64,000 nucleotides of DNA from contig CM119372.1 in the NCBI GenBank assembly GCA_051294905.1, forward strand, positions 18,168,001 through 18,232,000, given 5' to 3'. Below are positions 12,101-23,803 of the stretch, in pieces. Below the pieces are notes generated by a model. That model had not been told where the DNA came from. It did not search any database and saw only the letters and a program-made list of their open reading frames with translations. The translations under genes and the position numbers were made by a program. Position 1 is the first letter of the stretch. The number at the start of each line of letters is the position of its first letter. This DNA is from Botryllus schlosseri. Lineage: Eukaryota.

Positions 12101-15100
12101 TACTCTAAGTGAAGAAATTCAACTAGCACGGATAAACGGCGGGAGTAAGTGGTAACCCGTCGGTCGTCGCAATGATCCGTACACACTACACAAGAAGTCG
12201 TTTTTTGTTTCAAAACGGTTTGTGACCCCTGCTCCAGTAGATAGCTGGGTTTGAAATGTATATATAATATACCTCTCCCCCTTAGGAAAAAACATGCATA
12301 GGCTATTTTATGGGAACAGGCATTTCGGAGCCGGTCATTACCGTGCCACGATCCCACAACACACCAAAAGACATATGCAGTTTCAGCCAACACGCAACTC
12401 CACGGGATGTGATACCAAAGAAATACCTTGGCCGAAACTTAGGGTATTCGTCCATTGTCAATAGCCGCGCTGGGTGGGCGTGACTAATAATCGTCCTGTC
12501 CTTCCAATCTGAGCCCACAATGCAAATGCCACCCGGCGCATCCACATAGGAATAAAGCCATGACAATTTACATGTGCGTCTCACGAAAGATATTCTTTTA
12601 GTCTGCTACGTTTGGGCGAGTACAATATCTTTTGATTAATCAACAGACTGGAGGTCACGAATTAACAGCATACAATAAAGTAATTATAACAACATATACC
12701 AGATGCTATAATTATGAATTACGTGACCCAGCTCTATCAGGTAAATCTGACACTCGGGGCTGAGAGAGATTAAAAATGAATCGTAATCTAATGCAATGAC
12801 CAACATTATTGACGAAATTCAGTTTTGAAAATTGACCAACGGTTGGACTGGGGGACGAATTGTTGTTGGTTCACATTCTAGCTACAACCCACGCTAACAT
12901 GTCAGGCTATATAAGCGGATGGTTATGGCGGCAGGTCCAAATGCTGACTAATGAACTGTGAAATAACGATTGGCGCCTGTTTCAAGTAGTTATTTGGGAA
13001 TAAGATATAGCGAACATAAAAATTCTGCCTTCAACTTAATACAGATACTGCGAGCTGCTGTTACGAGAAACGGCTAAGCACGGCTCGGTTATGATATATA
13101 TCAGCAGCTGTTTATTGGTAATGCTTAGTTCTGGATACTGCAATGTTTTATTCGACGAGTACAAAATTCTGAATTTTTGTCAGGTGTACGTGCGTACGTA
13201 GGCCTACTGCTCGCCAAGCAGCAACGTTGAAACTGCATTTAACGAAGCACAACCAAACATCAATACATAAGTTACTATTTGAAACTATAGGCAGAGTGGT
13301 GATCAATATCCTGCTGCGAGGTAAGGGCTTCTGTAGTGTATTGATAACCTGATATACACCACGGGGGGTGTTATTACAATCACACTACAATGTCCATCGC
13401 ATGTCTGTTTACTATGTGTGGAGTGGACTGTGGATACTTCTTACGCAATGAAGAGCGGAGCTAATACTTCTGACGTAATAATGAGTAGTGGCGTTTGAAA
13501 ATCAGACGTTTGTGCTATCGCTAACGAGGTATATTATCTCATTCTTGTTCACGAATATTCAGTTTATGTCATAGTCCTTGTACAAACAAAAAGTAATCGT
13601 TCTTTGACAAAGAAATCGATTAGATATGGGAAGTAGTTGATTACGATTACGATTACTTCAGATTTTTTTCGAATGTAATCGATTGCGATTACGATTACTT
13701 CAAAATGCTGTAATCGTCGTAATCGATTACGATTACTAATCGCGATTACCCTATGTCTGATTACTAATTTAGGAAGGAAATGTCAAGTCGAGCATGATGT
13801 TGGTGAGATGGAGAGCAAAGGCAGTTTCTTCATTGACTCATAACGTTTTATCAAATCGATGAATCCAAATGATCGATGCTGAAGGAAGATGTCTCTGTGA
13901 CATTGGGAAAAATCTCTCATACCAGAAGAGAGATTGAAAATTTGAAGCAATTTCAAATTTATACATCCTTGTTTTTCGTAACTATCCTGTTCCTCCTACT
14001 CAGGACCGAAACAGTCTTCGTCAGCCCCCCTCCCCCCTAAAAAAACGTTGGACTTGGGGCCCCCCATACGGTGATAAACGCAATTTTTTGGGGGCTTTGC
14101 TCCCAGACCCCCCACATACCTTGTTACCGCTGCTTATCAACGAGATTTGTTGTACTCTTTGCTGAGGCAGCTTATGTCGCCTAAACGTATCTTTAGGTGT
14201 CTTGGAAAATGTAGGGCCGGTAAATAATATTATTAAACATATTTGGGGGGACCCGTTGGTGTAATGACTTTGTTACATGATGTTATTTCGTGACCTCCTG
14301 CCTGCTATGTCAAAAGATGTTTAAATCGACCAAATGTACTAAACTAAATGATGCACACGATTTCACATTGGTATTTCTGTACTGGCAAATATTTTTTCTC
14401 TGCGGGATGCCATCGTTCAGATTGCCAGGACAGAATCATTCGGCGTCATGTATATATATCAAAGTTTTCGGTCAGCATAAGGACGGTCCTTTTCGGCCAA
14501 GGTTTTCTCGCTGCCGATCGTTCTGGCACACTTCTTGGAATGCATGTTACATGGCCAAAAACTTCATATCTATTGGTCCGTCGTGGCGCGATAATAGCGG
14601 ACGTCGAATGCACATTTCTGTAAATCATGCGTATATTTTCTTGAGGGAAGGGCACCCAATAATCAGGATACTTGACACTATTACATCGCGCCACGTATAG
14701 ATTTTTAAAAAAATACTTTAAAATTGATGTGTTCCTGCTATGATTTAATCAACTTAATATTCATCAAGAAATCAGCCGGAACAGAAGTGTGTTTCTTGAA
14801 GCCCATGGAGAGTTATATCATTAGTAGTGTTGGAGTAATTTTGAAATGAGTGTAGGCAGCACTAGGCAATGGACAGTGACGCCATTATGCTGTCAGCTTT
14901 TTTTGATAACAAACCAACTTGTCATAGTAATCCTCGTAGCAGAGCCGGCTACCGATGAACCTAAATTACGAAGTCTGCTGCAAATAGCGTTGCGAACGGC
15001 CAGTAATCTCACTCGATGTCTTGAATTTGTCCGAACTGCGGAAAAATAAGCATGAGAACACAATGCACCTCTTCCCCATTGGTACCGTGTTTTGAGCTGT

Positions 15101-18100
15101 AACACCTCAACTTGGTTTTACCATTTGTAACTGTTACTCAATCACAGGTCGAAATGAATTATAGAATCCGGAAATTTTTTCTTACAGACGCTATCGCTGG
15201 CATATATGACGGGTACCATTGCTGCATTTTACGATGTTCTGACAGTGATGATCACGATGGGAGTCACAGTGGTGAGTTTCATTAATTACGATCCTACTAT
15301 TCATTCAATGTCTTCAATACCAGAGTTTATATTCAAATTGCTATCAGTAAACTAGTTATCTTGTTTTGAAATATTTCCATAATGCAGAAATAGCCTTGTA
15401 CTACTTCCTAAATCTTGCACCGCCCCTACATGCTATCCCCGTAATGCTGAGCGCCAAGCGGGAAAGCCATGAATCCAGTGTTACTTATCAGGGTTGTAAT
15501 GTAATGACTTGTGTCATGACTCGACTCGAGTCACTATTTTCTAATGACTCGACTTGACTCGAGTCATGTTCTCAAAATATGGAAATGACGCGACTCGACT
15601 CGAGTCAGTCTGTGTATTGACTCGACTTGGACTCGAGTCATTGGGCATTGAGCAAGTCATATGAATCGAGACTCAGACGCCCAAAACCGACATTTCATTG
15701 TAATTTGGAAGAATAGTAAACAAACCAATCCATTGGCATTTCGTCTATTGGTACTTATACTTGAAAATGAGACCAGAAACTGCTGAAAGTGAGGAAAATT
15801 AGTATATTATAAATGCGAACCATTCGATATCACGAAACAGAGTTATGAAAAGTGGGTTTGACATCGCTTTGACCGGAAACTGAGCACTGAGCAGTCAACA
15901 CAATGACTTGGACTCGGACTCGAGTCATAATACCATGACTCGGACTCGACCCTCTGCTCGATGACTTGGACTCGGACTTGACTCGGTAGTGAATTGAAAA
16001 TGACTCGACTTGAGTCAAACCTGTAAAAGTGAGATTGACTTGTGACTCGGAGCCTTGTGACTTGGTTACAACCCTGTTACTTATCAGGTCTTTGGTCTGA
16101 CCCGGCAGGGGATTGAACCCACGACCTACCGGTCTAGAAGCCGGACGCTATCTTGTTGGAGTGGTTGTCAGTTGTGGAAAAGTACTGGGTATTGTGTGAT
16201 GCTTGAACTGTTGAAAGACTTGGAAGTAACGACCATCCCATGTTTCAATGCTAGAAGAATTATGCTGATGTCTGCGGCCTATGAACTAACCTAACATGTG
16301 TTTCATGATCATGATTCTAAGTGAGAGATCAACCATCTACTCTACTGTAACCATGTTTATTTGTCACTACACCAGTTTCATTTGTCAGTTGATCGTCTAT
16401 CTCATCAAAGACCAGTGATCATATGGAGGACTGTTTAATAGGCGGTTGTTTCTTAACAATCTAATTCTGATCTATTTTTAATGTTCCAGCTTGTGTGTGC
16501 GGGGATTATACTATTCTCGATGCAGACTCGATTCGACTTCACGAAATGCAGCGGAGTTCTGTTTGTGCTTGTCTGGGTTCTCTTCATGTTTGGCTTCATC
16601 TCTATTTTCACATACGATAAAGGAGACGTTGTATGTATCTATCTAATATATGATACCTCGTAGCGCCCACAACTTTTTTTATGTTATCATGGTCTCGAAT
16701 AAATACGGTGACCGTTACCCCTCTAATCTCTGGATGTGTCACCGAACTTGGAAAATATCGCAAACGCTTTGAGCGCTTTGAGCTTGAACAGGAATACTCC
16801 TAGCTAGATCAGTTGTTCTGAATTGAAACGCAACAGCGGGATACCAATTGCTTAATTACAAATGAGCTTGGGGATCGAATTGGTATTTCAGAACAACCCC
16901 TACTGTTCAATAGAACACCGGTTCAGAACCACTGGCTAACGCTTTGTTGACCACTTGATCCAGGATACTGCTCCAAGATAGAGACCGTTCTAGAGATGCA
17001 TTTAGGCTCATTTCTTTTTTGGTAGTGAAACGCATCAAGTGGAACCTGGCTTGTCGCTGTGTTTGATCAGAGGATCAGGACATTATATCCTGTCATTTGA
17101 CACATTGTAGTGTCCCTCTTTTGTGGTCCCCAAAGTTTTCCTTGTACTGCGACGTGCCACTCCTCGGTTGCACTTGGAGATTTTCAGATAGTGAATAATA
17201 TCTGATTACAAATTGGAAATTCTAGACTACCAGGAACCAATTACCGAAGTTGTACCTATAGGTATATTCATATGTTATTTCAGTACATTCAAGTCATCTA
17301 TGGTTGTCTTGGAGCGCTTGTGTTTGGACTGGTGAGTGCGACTACTTCTTATTTGTGACTCTCATGTTTCACTATGCCTTGAATATATACTGTCCTTGAA
17401 ACATTTTAATATGCTGTCAAGTGTCAACCAGCCCACATTTTGACGGCCGACAACTGGTGTTTACATCCGATGAAGAGGGCCGTATGGTACTTGAACTTGG
17501 TTTCGAGAAATTATCCCCGTTTTTACGTATGGGGCGTTAGTTTAAAAAAGGGGAATTCTTCTGATACGCCGACTTGTCACATTAATGATGACCCACTCCT
17601 CATCTAATCCTAATTGTTCCCGACATTTTTTAATAAGAGAAATTAAGTGCAACGGAGTATGCATAGTGCAGGGGTTCTCAACCCTTTTTTGACCGTGGCC
17701 CATTTTCCGGTTTGAAAATGTTCTGTGGACCACCTCTTATCTTAGAGTCATAGTCCTGTTCAATGTGTGGTAATCGTCGACGAAAATTTTCAAGTTGAAT
17801 AATCCTCCCCCAACTAAACAAACAACCAGCGAAATAATTTTGGGCCTCTTCGAGCTCCCTCAAATTGTGGGGTTTGGGGTGCGACAGTTACGGCGCTGGA
17901 AGATCGTATAACTCCTGTGTATACATCCACTGTTTCACTCACATCGTGACACCCAATGATCCGTTCCCCTCATCCACAGTGTAATTGGGGTTTCAGTTCC
18001 ACTATGGTGGATTGGTGGGGGATGATATAACCATTCTGAGCCTGCTTCAAATAATTCTTTAGTGAATGGGATACTACAGACAGTGGAGAAATATTTATTT

Positions 18101-19020
18101 TTAATATGCTAGCTGTACAATGTACGTACATTGTACTTATTGAAGTTGCGATGTCAGAACATTAAATCCAGTGATACCATCAATTCATGTTACTCTTACA
18201 TTATGCAGCCTGCAATGATTTCAAGGCCGCACATTTTTTTGAACGACTTCAAAGATTATTGTGCTGCGCTAAATCGTCAATCCATTACGATTCGTTGCGG
18301 TGGTGACGTATACTGCCACAGGAAGTTGATAATTGACAATAAATAGCAATTGTGGCTATTTTGTGTTACTATAATACCTGCCGAAGTACCGTAAATCAGC
18401 ATCAAATGCACTTCGGCCCGAGTTCAATGCACACCTTTTTCAAGGGCATACGAATATGAAACTTCCTGAATACTTTGTTACTTCAGCACTAACTTCCTGT
18501 TATTGTATAATCGAAATTATTTTCATTGCTGTTGGTCGTAGGTTGTCATATCCGGGGGACAAAAGCCGTTGTACCCCCTCCCAATTTGACTATTACATTG
18601 TGACTACATACGTGCCACTAAGTTTCATCAGAGTCGAATGAAAATCTTTATATAGCCAACGTATAATTTGATTATATGAATATATTTTTGAATATATGAA
18701 CAAAACAAATATAACTAAACTTTCACTAATTCTACAATTTTCCAACTAGCTCTGTAGCCCATCTCAAAATACTCCTGTGGCCCACCCTCTGAGAACCGTC
18801 GGCCTAGTGCATATGTGAACAAACAGTGCCATTTTTTTTTTGCAAATCACAATTACGTTGTCGATTGCAGTTCCTAGCATTCGACACCCAGCTGATAATG
18901 GGAAGCAAGAGATACGAGCTCGACCCGGAGGAATACGTGTTTGGCGCTCTCACCTTGTACATCGACGTCATTTATATATTCCTATTTCTTCTGAGCATCT
19001 TCGGTGTCTCCAGTGACTAA
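162..19020 (+). CDS. Protein lifeguard / TMBIM family (GRINA/FAIM2-like, Bax inhibitor-1 domain), multi-exon, 5' end outside window
   Basis: AG/GT-bounded, phase-compatible exons: 162-296 (Pro/Gly/Tyr-rich APYPQATGYPPVGGYPQ), 689-718, candidate microexons 1410-1430, 4472-4492 and 5034-5054, then 5392-5458, 5521-5631 (DTFSNKSVRRMFIRKVFIILGIQLLVTFG), 10417-10470, 10529-10619 (RRKAPLNLIVLGIF), 15188-15271, 16490-16630 (FSMQTRFDFT), 17284-17331, 18871-19020 (FLAFDTQLIMG...DPEEYVFGALTLYIDVIYIFLFLL, TAA). These are typical Lifeguard-subfamily motifs. Confidence 0.93.
1451..2519. mobile_element. MITE with about 45-bp terminal inverted repeats and TA ends
   Basis: TATCGAATGTCACTATGGAACGGCAA...CATTGTT at 1451 is the inverted match of AACAATGG...TTGCCGTTCCATAGTTACATTCGATA ending at 2519. 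Hosts the 1619-2175 MITE. Confidence 0.7.
1619..2175. mobile_element. hAT-type MITE, GACTCGAGTC-repeat family A
   Basis: CA(A/G)GGTTGTA...TACAACCCTG termini; TSD GTATATCT on both sides. Confidence 0.88.
3535..3750 (+). repeat. Dispersed repeat (inverted copy at about 14410-14645, diverged copy at about 12285-12450)
   Basis: ACCTTGGCCG(C/A)AAAGGAC...GCTGACCGAAAACTT(C/T)GATATATA is shared between copies. Confidence 0.7.
3758..4150 (+). mobile_element. MITE, TAGG(G/C)TTACCATA terminus family
   Basis: TAGGCTTACCATA...TATGGTAAGCCTA; reverse-complement relative at 34215-34648. Confidence 0.85.
6361..6579. mobile_element. Short insertion with internal inverted repeat, possibly Penelope-like
   Basis: 12-bp direct repeat GTTAATCAAGGT on both flanks. 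6360-6388 is the inverted match of 6522-6550. The minus strand has a degenerate TTGAAAAGAGGCACCCGAAA...TAATAAA motif. Confidence 0.5.
6615..6986 (+). mobile_element. MITE, TAGGGTTACCATA family
   Basis: Perfect 13-bp TIR; imperfect TSD GCCTGCAG/ACCTACAG; AGGAC subterminal motifs. Confidence 0.85.
7212..9033 (+). mobile_element. 5'-truncated non-LTR retrotransposon (CR1/L2-group LINE), ORF2 reverse transcriptase region with two nonsense codons
   Basis: Three ORFs in one frame separated only by TGA at 7494 and 7875. Motifs NYRPISVL, QFGFR, AFDCVDH, GVPQGSVL, LFADDT, KYLGV. The 3' UTR ends in AATAAA followed by a (TGA)n tail. Lies in a Lifeguard intron. Confidence 0.93.
9251..10098. mobile_element. 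Charlie/Buster-type hAT MITE
   Basis: CAGTGGTCCTCAACC...GGTTGAGAACCACTG; TSD GTCTACTG. Confidence 0.9.
10797..11205. mobile_element. Composite/degenerate family B MITE containing a family A fragment
   Basis: CAGTGAGGGGATCAA...CATCGCAACAGTG ends with many GACTCGAGTC motifs; a CAGGGTTGTAATGAC family A start at about 10889. Confidence 0.65.
11745..12231 (+). mobile_element. Charlie/Buster-type hAT MITE carrying 28S rRNA-derived sequence
   Basis: CAGGGATCACCAAC...GGTTTGTGACCCCTG termini; TSD CTCTAGTA/CTCCAGTA (7 of 8 match). Confidence 0.7.
11788..12148 (+). pseudogene. Degenerate 28S (LSU) rRNA fragments, two blocks joined across a deletion
   Basis: Block 1 (GTAGCAAGTATTCAAATGAAAGATTTGAA...CAGCAGTTGAGCATGGGTC...) is colinear with the conserved LSU GTAGCAAATATTCAAA...CAGCAGTTGAACATGGGTC. 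Block 2 (12081-12148, GCCCAGTGCTCTGA...AAGTGAAGAAATTCAA...TAAACGGCGGGAGTAA) matches the conserved LSU segment just upstream of the R2 insertion site. Comparison is to LSU sequence as recalled, not searched. Confidence 0.85.
15420..16152 (-). mobile_element. tRNA-derived SINE family 1, interrupted by a MITE
   Basis: Minus strand GCGTCCGGCTTCTAGACCGG...GGTTCAATCCCC...GGGTCAGACCAAAGAC...GGCGCTCAGCATT; the anticodon-like loop TCT suggests tRNA-Arg origin. Confidence 0.7.
15489..16076. mobile_element. hAT-type MITE, GACTCGAGTC-repeat family A, inserted in a SINE
   Basis: CAGGGTTGTAA...TTACAACCCTG termini; TSD TTACTTAT. Confidence 0.9.
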
Positions 19021-19417
19021 TCCACGACACACATTTCTACGTATTTTCTCGAGTTAATAATTGTTTGTTTCATGTAATTCATTTACACTGTCGTATGTAG
19101 GCTATGTGAGACCCGTTCCGTCCACTTGCCGCTTTTGAAATCGCAAATTGTTCTAGTATGTGTATTGAGTGTGAATTATACAAATCGATTTTTGAGTGTT
19201 CCAATGCCGAAGATTTGGAAGCATTGCTGTATTCATTCATGTGCTCCATAGGCTACTTCGAAGCTAATACACGATTTCACTGCAACCTGGCTTGTGGCTA
19301 TACGTCCTTTAATCATCATGTAGTAGAATGTATATGGTGTAATTATGGCGCGGACGTTTTAGCGCCAGGGATGAAAACTTCTACAGAATGTCATTAGTTT
19401 GTTTGAACGGATTAGGA

Positions 19418-20130
19418 CAGGGCCGGCCAACCCGTGGCCCGCGGGCCACATCTGTCCCGCGAGAAGGTTTTTAGTGGCCCGCGAGGTAATTTCTCATGTT
19501 ATCAAAAATGGATTGCACAGATTGTGAACTTGTGAGGCCAACCAAAAATTTGATTAGTCTCGCCGCTACACTTGAGACGTGATGATCAAAATATCAGTTC
19601 CGACGCATTGGCAGATCCATGAGCCAGTCACATATTGGTAGATCTTCGTAGACTACAATAAAGCAGAATAATTTGCGATAAATTTATCAAAAGTCAAAAT
19701 TTTTTACACGCTTCGCGCAACATGTTGTCACTCGATTTCTTGCTTTTAACATTGTTTTCCCTTTGTGAAAATGAAAGAACGCCTAATGTATCAGATTGAA
19801 TCTAACTATATTCGCGATTACGAGACAGAGTATCGTTCAACATATGCGACTTTGCGTTTGCACTCGCAGAAAGACCGTCGACTATGAAACCTAGGCACAA
19901 AATGATTGACGCATGTTGGTCGAAACTTTCGATATCGATATGTCCAGACGCCAATAGCCCAGTCCTTGCAAACTGAGCCCAGCGATATACAGCACGCCCG
20001 CAATATAGTCAGGTGACAATATTATTGACCCGTGAACTTCAAAAATTTTCGCGCTTCGCGCGGCTAGTGGCCCGCGCAACAGTTCGTCAATCGAATGTGG
20101 CCCGTTGGCTGAAAAGGTTGGCCAGCCCTG
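19418..20130 (+). mobile_element. Charlie/Buster-type hAT MITE
   Basis: CAGGGCCGGCCAACC...GGTTGGCCAGCCCTG; TSD GATTAGGA. Confidence 0.9.
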
Positions 20131-20599
20131 GATTAGGAGATGCTGCATCTACAAACCCCAATAATTCAGAAACATACAGCAAGTAGGCTAATCGTCTCTC
20201 GCGTTAATGGATGTGTGGCATATATATATTATTATCGTCATGTCGAGAACAACTTTCAATGAACACTCGGTATGAGAACGTAACAAAAAGAACGGGGGCT
20301 GTAAATGAAGTAGCATGTAACGACCGACGAATTTAATATATATCAGATCAACATCCGGTAATGTCGAGTGGTGTAGGCCAATGTGGGCGAGTTTGTATGA
20401 TCGACTTCACCAACTTGTTCCGACTCCTTCCGTTCTCTTCAGAGCATTGCAAATCTTGCTTGTAGCCTTGGATTGAAAAAATGGTAATGATAAAAACACG
20501 ACTAGAATATATGATCATCGAAATTTCTATGATAATTTTCATCAAATCAAAACACCATATTGATTGCGATATAACGAAAAGGAATAGGAAGGGTGCCGA

Positions 20600-21483
20600 C
20601 AGTATGACTTGACTTGACTCGAGTCACCTGGCAAAAATGACTTGACTTGACTTAACTCGACGCTTCAGAAATTAGGATTGACTTGTGACTCGGAGCAAAA
20701 TTTACGAGTCAATTTCAAGTCATCAATAAGTAAATGGTGTCGACTAAATCACTGTATCATGTGTATGTTCGGATTTTTCGCGATACCCCGTCGGCACTTG
20801 CGAGAGCAACCAGTCATTCACTTGTACGTTTCTCTGGTTCTCGATTGTTACATCACAAATAAATTGATCGCAAACGAAATGATTCCGGCTCATGTAGTCG
20901 TAGTAGTAGATTCATAGAAACGTATCTCTGCTTATCGACTCGGCGCTTACATTGAGCAGCGCTCACCTTTACCAGACCGCCTGTATAATTTAATCGAATG
21001 AATATAGTTTATGCGTTTATATTCTCACGGATGTGTAGATGGGTGGTGTACCATATCAATTTGTTTAAACTTCTCGAAGCTTCGTATTTTGGCTGATAAT
21101 AACAGACTGTAGCATGTAACTAGTTAATCACGTATTTTATTAGCAGTTCTCCGTGTGCGATACATCGCATTTTTGCTTGCATATTTACCTTCAAATTCAT
21201 TACTTCATTCAAGCTAAATGGCCAATCAATCTGTCTTTCACGCAGCTGGCAAAATCTTATGACTTTGAATCATCACTCATACTTCGAAGATTCAATTTGA
21301 CTTTAATTGTGACTGGACTCGTGACTTGACTTGACTTGACTCGAGTCACCTCCAAAAAATCGAGTGACTTCACTTGACTCGAGTCACCTTCAAAAATCGA
21401 TTGACTTGACTTGACACGAGTCAAAATGGGCAATGACTCGAGATGACTCGTGACTTGAAGGTAGTGACTTGATCCCAACACTG
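20600..21483. mobile_element. hAT-type MITE, GACTTGACTCGAGTC family B
   Basis: Right terminus GATCCCAACACTG, left terminus partly deleted; TSD GGTGCCGA. Confidence 0.85.
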
Positions 21484-22015
21484 GGTGCCGATAAACGACT
21501 TGGTGTAGTCTATTAGTCAGACACCCACCACCTTGACTTCTGGAGCACGCATACTGTATTTAATAATGGTTAACATAAGGAAGCGTCGAAATGAATGCGG
21601 CATATGTTGCTAGGCGAGGTCGATATCTCAGATTGTGGTCCGGTAAAATCTTGATGGACCATTATAATAGCCTCAACTCATTCAATGAAAAGTTAGCCAG
21701 AGTCTAAATGACACTTCTTTTTCCAAAAATTTGTTTCGTCACCCATGCTTTGTTAAAATTCTCAATACTATATAAGAGGGAATGCAGACACCAGACAGTA
21801 ACACGTTTTGAAGCGTCGGGGGCTCATCTCGGCTTCTCTCCATGTTACGGCGTCTTTACGAAACAAAGCCCCGAGAAAGACCCGGTGAAGGACGAGTGAA
21901 AAAGCGAATGTAAATAGAAACGAAAAGCGTCGAATGAAATATAAATACAACAACTAGATCAAGATTTAATGAGTATTGTTATATCCAGCATTAGGTCAGG
22001 CTGAAAATGTTAGAT

Positions 22016-22982
22016 CAGGGGCGGCCAACCAGTGGCACGCGAGGTAATTCTTGAAATTAGTTATAATATTCAAAAAATAGATTACCCAGGTAATTACTAT
22101 GTGAACTTGCAAGGCCAACCAAAAATTTGATTAGTCTGACCGCGAAATTCGGGATGTGATGACTAAAATATCAGTTCCGATTCTGACGCATTGGTGTAGG
22201 CTAGCCAGCGGTCAGTCACATTTTTCGCATATCTTCGTATGCTGTGACCATAAAGCAGAATATTTTGTAGCAGAGTTATAGCCTAGGCCTATCACTTGAC
22301 ATTTTTCTCGGCACTTCGTGCGATTTTTTTTTTACTCGTTTTCTTGTTTTTACCCGTTAATGCGTCAACGAAGAACAACAACTACCATATGATCACGACG
22401 GAATGCAAGAAAACGCATTGCTCTATCAAGTATGCCGGACCCAAATTGTAGAACAGCATCTCGCCGGCTATCGACACTGTAGGGCTGTTCAAAAATAACT
22501 TTTTTCTCCCGATTCAAGCCGGTCACCTCTTAAATCGTCAGGTTGCAGTAGAAAACCTTGCTCACCAAATTTCACTCGATTCCAACCAGTAAAGGCCTCC
22601 GCAGATCCAATTAAAATTTTTAATTTAATATGGAAAATAAAAAAAAAAAATTTCCACATTTTTCTGCCAACCCCATGAAATTGTTGAGCTGTCTTCAAAG
22701 ACGTTGCAAAACAAATTTGAGTCAATTCCGACCAGTAGAAGCGGAGGTATGTGAGTTTTTCGTTGATAAATCGCGGATTATCCATCAATCAAGGATAGTG
22801 GATACTGCGTCGATGTTATCCATTTTGATGGGTATTATTAGTATTGTCTTCATGGTTACCTAATCCGATTCGGTTCTATCGGAAGACTAAAAAAGGTTAT
22901 CAACATTAAAGTTCCCCGCGCAATGGTTCGTAAATCTCATGTGGCCCTTTGGCCGAAAAGGTTGACCAGTTGGCTACCCCTG
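22016..22982 (+). mobile_element. Composite hAT MITE with LINE and foldback-MITE fragments inside
   Basis: CAGGGGCGGCCAACC start; body shared with 19418 and 37416; 22480-22800 resembles one arm of 49537-50152. Confidence 0.7.
22378..22478 (+). mobile_element. Short fragment of a related LINE ORF2 3' end
   Basis: CTCTATCAAGTATGCCGGACCCAAATTGTAGAACAGCATC resembles 8642-8690 (SIKYAGPNVWNSI). Confidence 0.65.
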
Positions 22983-23680
22983 TATAGTTAGAATGAGAGA
23001 CCATTGTTTCAACATCATATTTGTTCGTTACATCGTTGTATTGTCTTGTGTATCACATTTGACATTGCGTGTCTTGAGCGGTGAAAAATAATCGAACCTC
23101 CTATTGTATAGTGTTGTATGCATAGCATATCCAGGGGTTTGTGCAACGGAGGACACATCTTGCGTCTGCAGCCTTCCTCGGGTCGCTGCATACCAGTGAA
23201 GCGGAACGTCCAATTCCTATATATATTACGATGTCGCAGCGGCGACGTAGAGGGCCGAACGCGCCTCCTGCTAGCGCGTTGTGAACTTGTCGCGTCGCGA
23301 TCCAATGTGGCGGGCAGCTTGAGCAGGATGATGTACCGGTTGTTATGACAAGGTGGTAGGTAAAAGCGAGTGCCTGCACGCTCGTCTGGATATGCGGCAA
23401 TCTCAGTAAAAATGTATATGATTTGCGAAGTCTGCCATTTTGTTTAGAAGTTCTTGCCAGATTATAAAAATACATTTCGTGCATACTTCATACTTCACTG
23501 GTGTCATGAATTGCATAAATGAATCTCCCGCAGTGAATTATTTCATTTTTAATAAATCACGCAATAATTCACCTAATTATCCCGTTTAGAGTAGTGTATG
23601 GCAGTGCAAAGATTGTAAATGACGCAGAAGGCAGATGACGTCAGCTTGTTTTTGCCTGATCTCGTGAGCATACACTTCTT

Positions 23681-23775
23681 TGCGCATGCGCACTGGGCCA
23701 TGCTTCAGCCATCTGTGCGGGGGCGGCGGAACGGGCTTCTCGTGTCTTCTCATTCCACGAATCTAACTGGAAGTG
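23681..23775 (+). promoter_or_regulatory. Candidate cyclin T proximal promoter (NRF1-type palindrome, GC-rich box, ETS-like GGAAGT)
   Basis: TGCGCATGCGCA at 23681-23692, GGGGGCGGCGG near 23718 and GGAAGT near 23769, all within about 125 bp upstream of the ATG. Confidence 0.4.
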
Positions 23776-23803
23776 CCAAACCGGGACTCGCCAGTCCGTC
23801 GCA

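Larger units (their letters stand above)
11226..13759 (+). mobile_element. Non-autonomous hAT-type element with (GATTAC)n subterminal repeats
   Basis: CAGACATGGGGT...ACCCTATGTCTG termini; TSD ATTACTAA; contains nested insertions. Confidence 0.88.

Noticed and set aside
11788..12148. Functional rRNA gene
   Set aside because: Only two short, heavily diverged blocks with a large deletion, located inside an intronic MITE.
17466..17500. Additional hammerhead-like motifs here and near 53257
   Set aside because: Catalytic core incomplete (no correctly placed GAAA or stems); at most decayed Penelope-like remnants.
23015..23484. 7SK-like RNA or divergent gene upstream of cyclin T
   Set aside because: GC-rich, but no recognisable 7SK GAUC hairpin, Pol III signature or protein motif.
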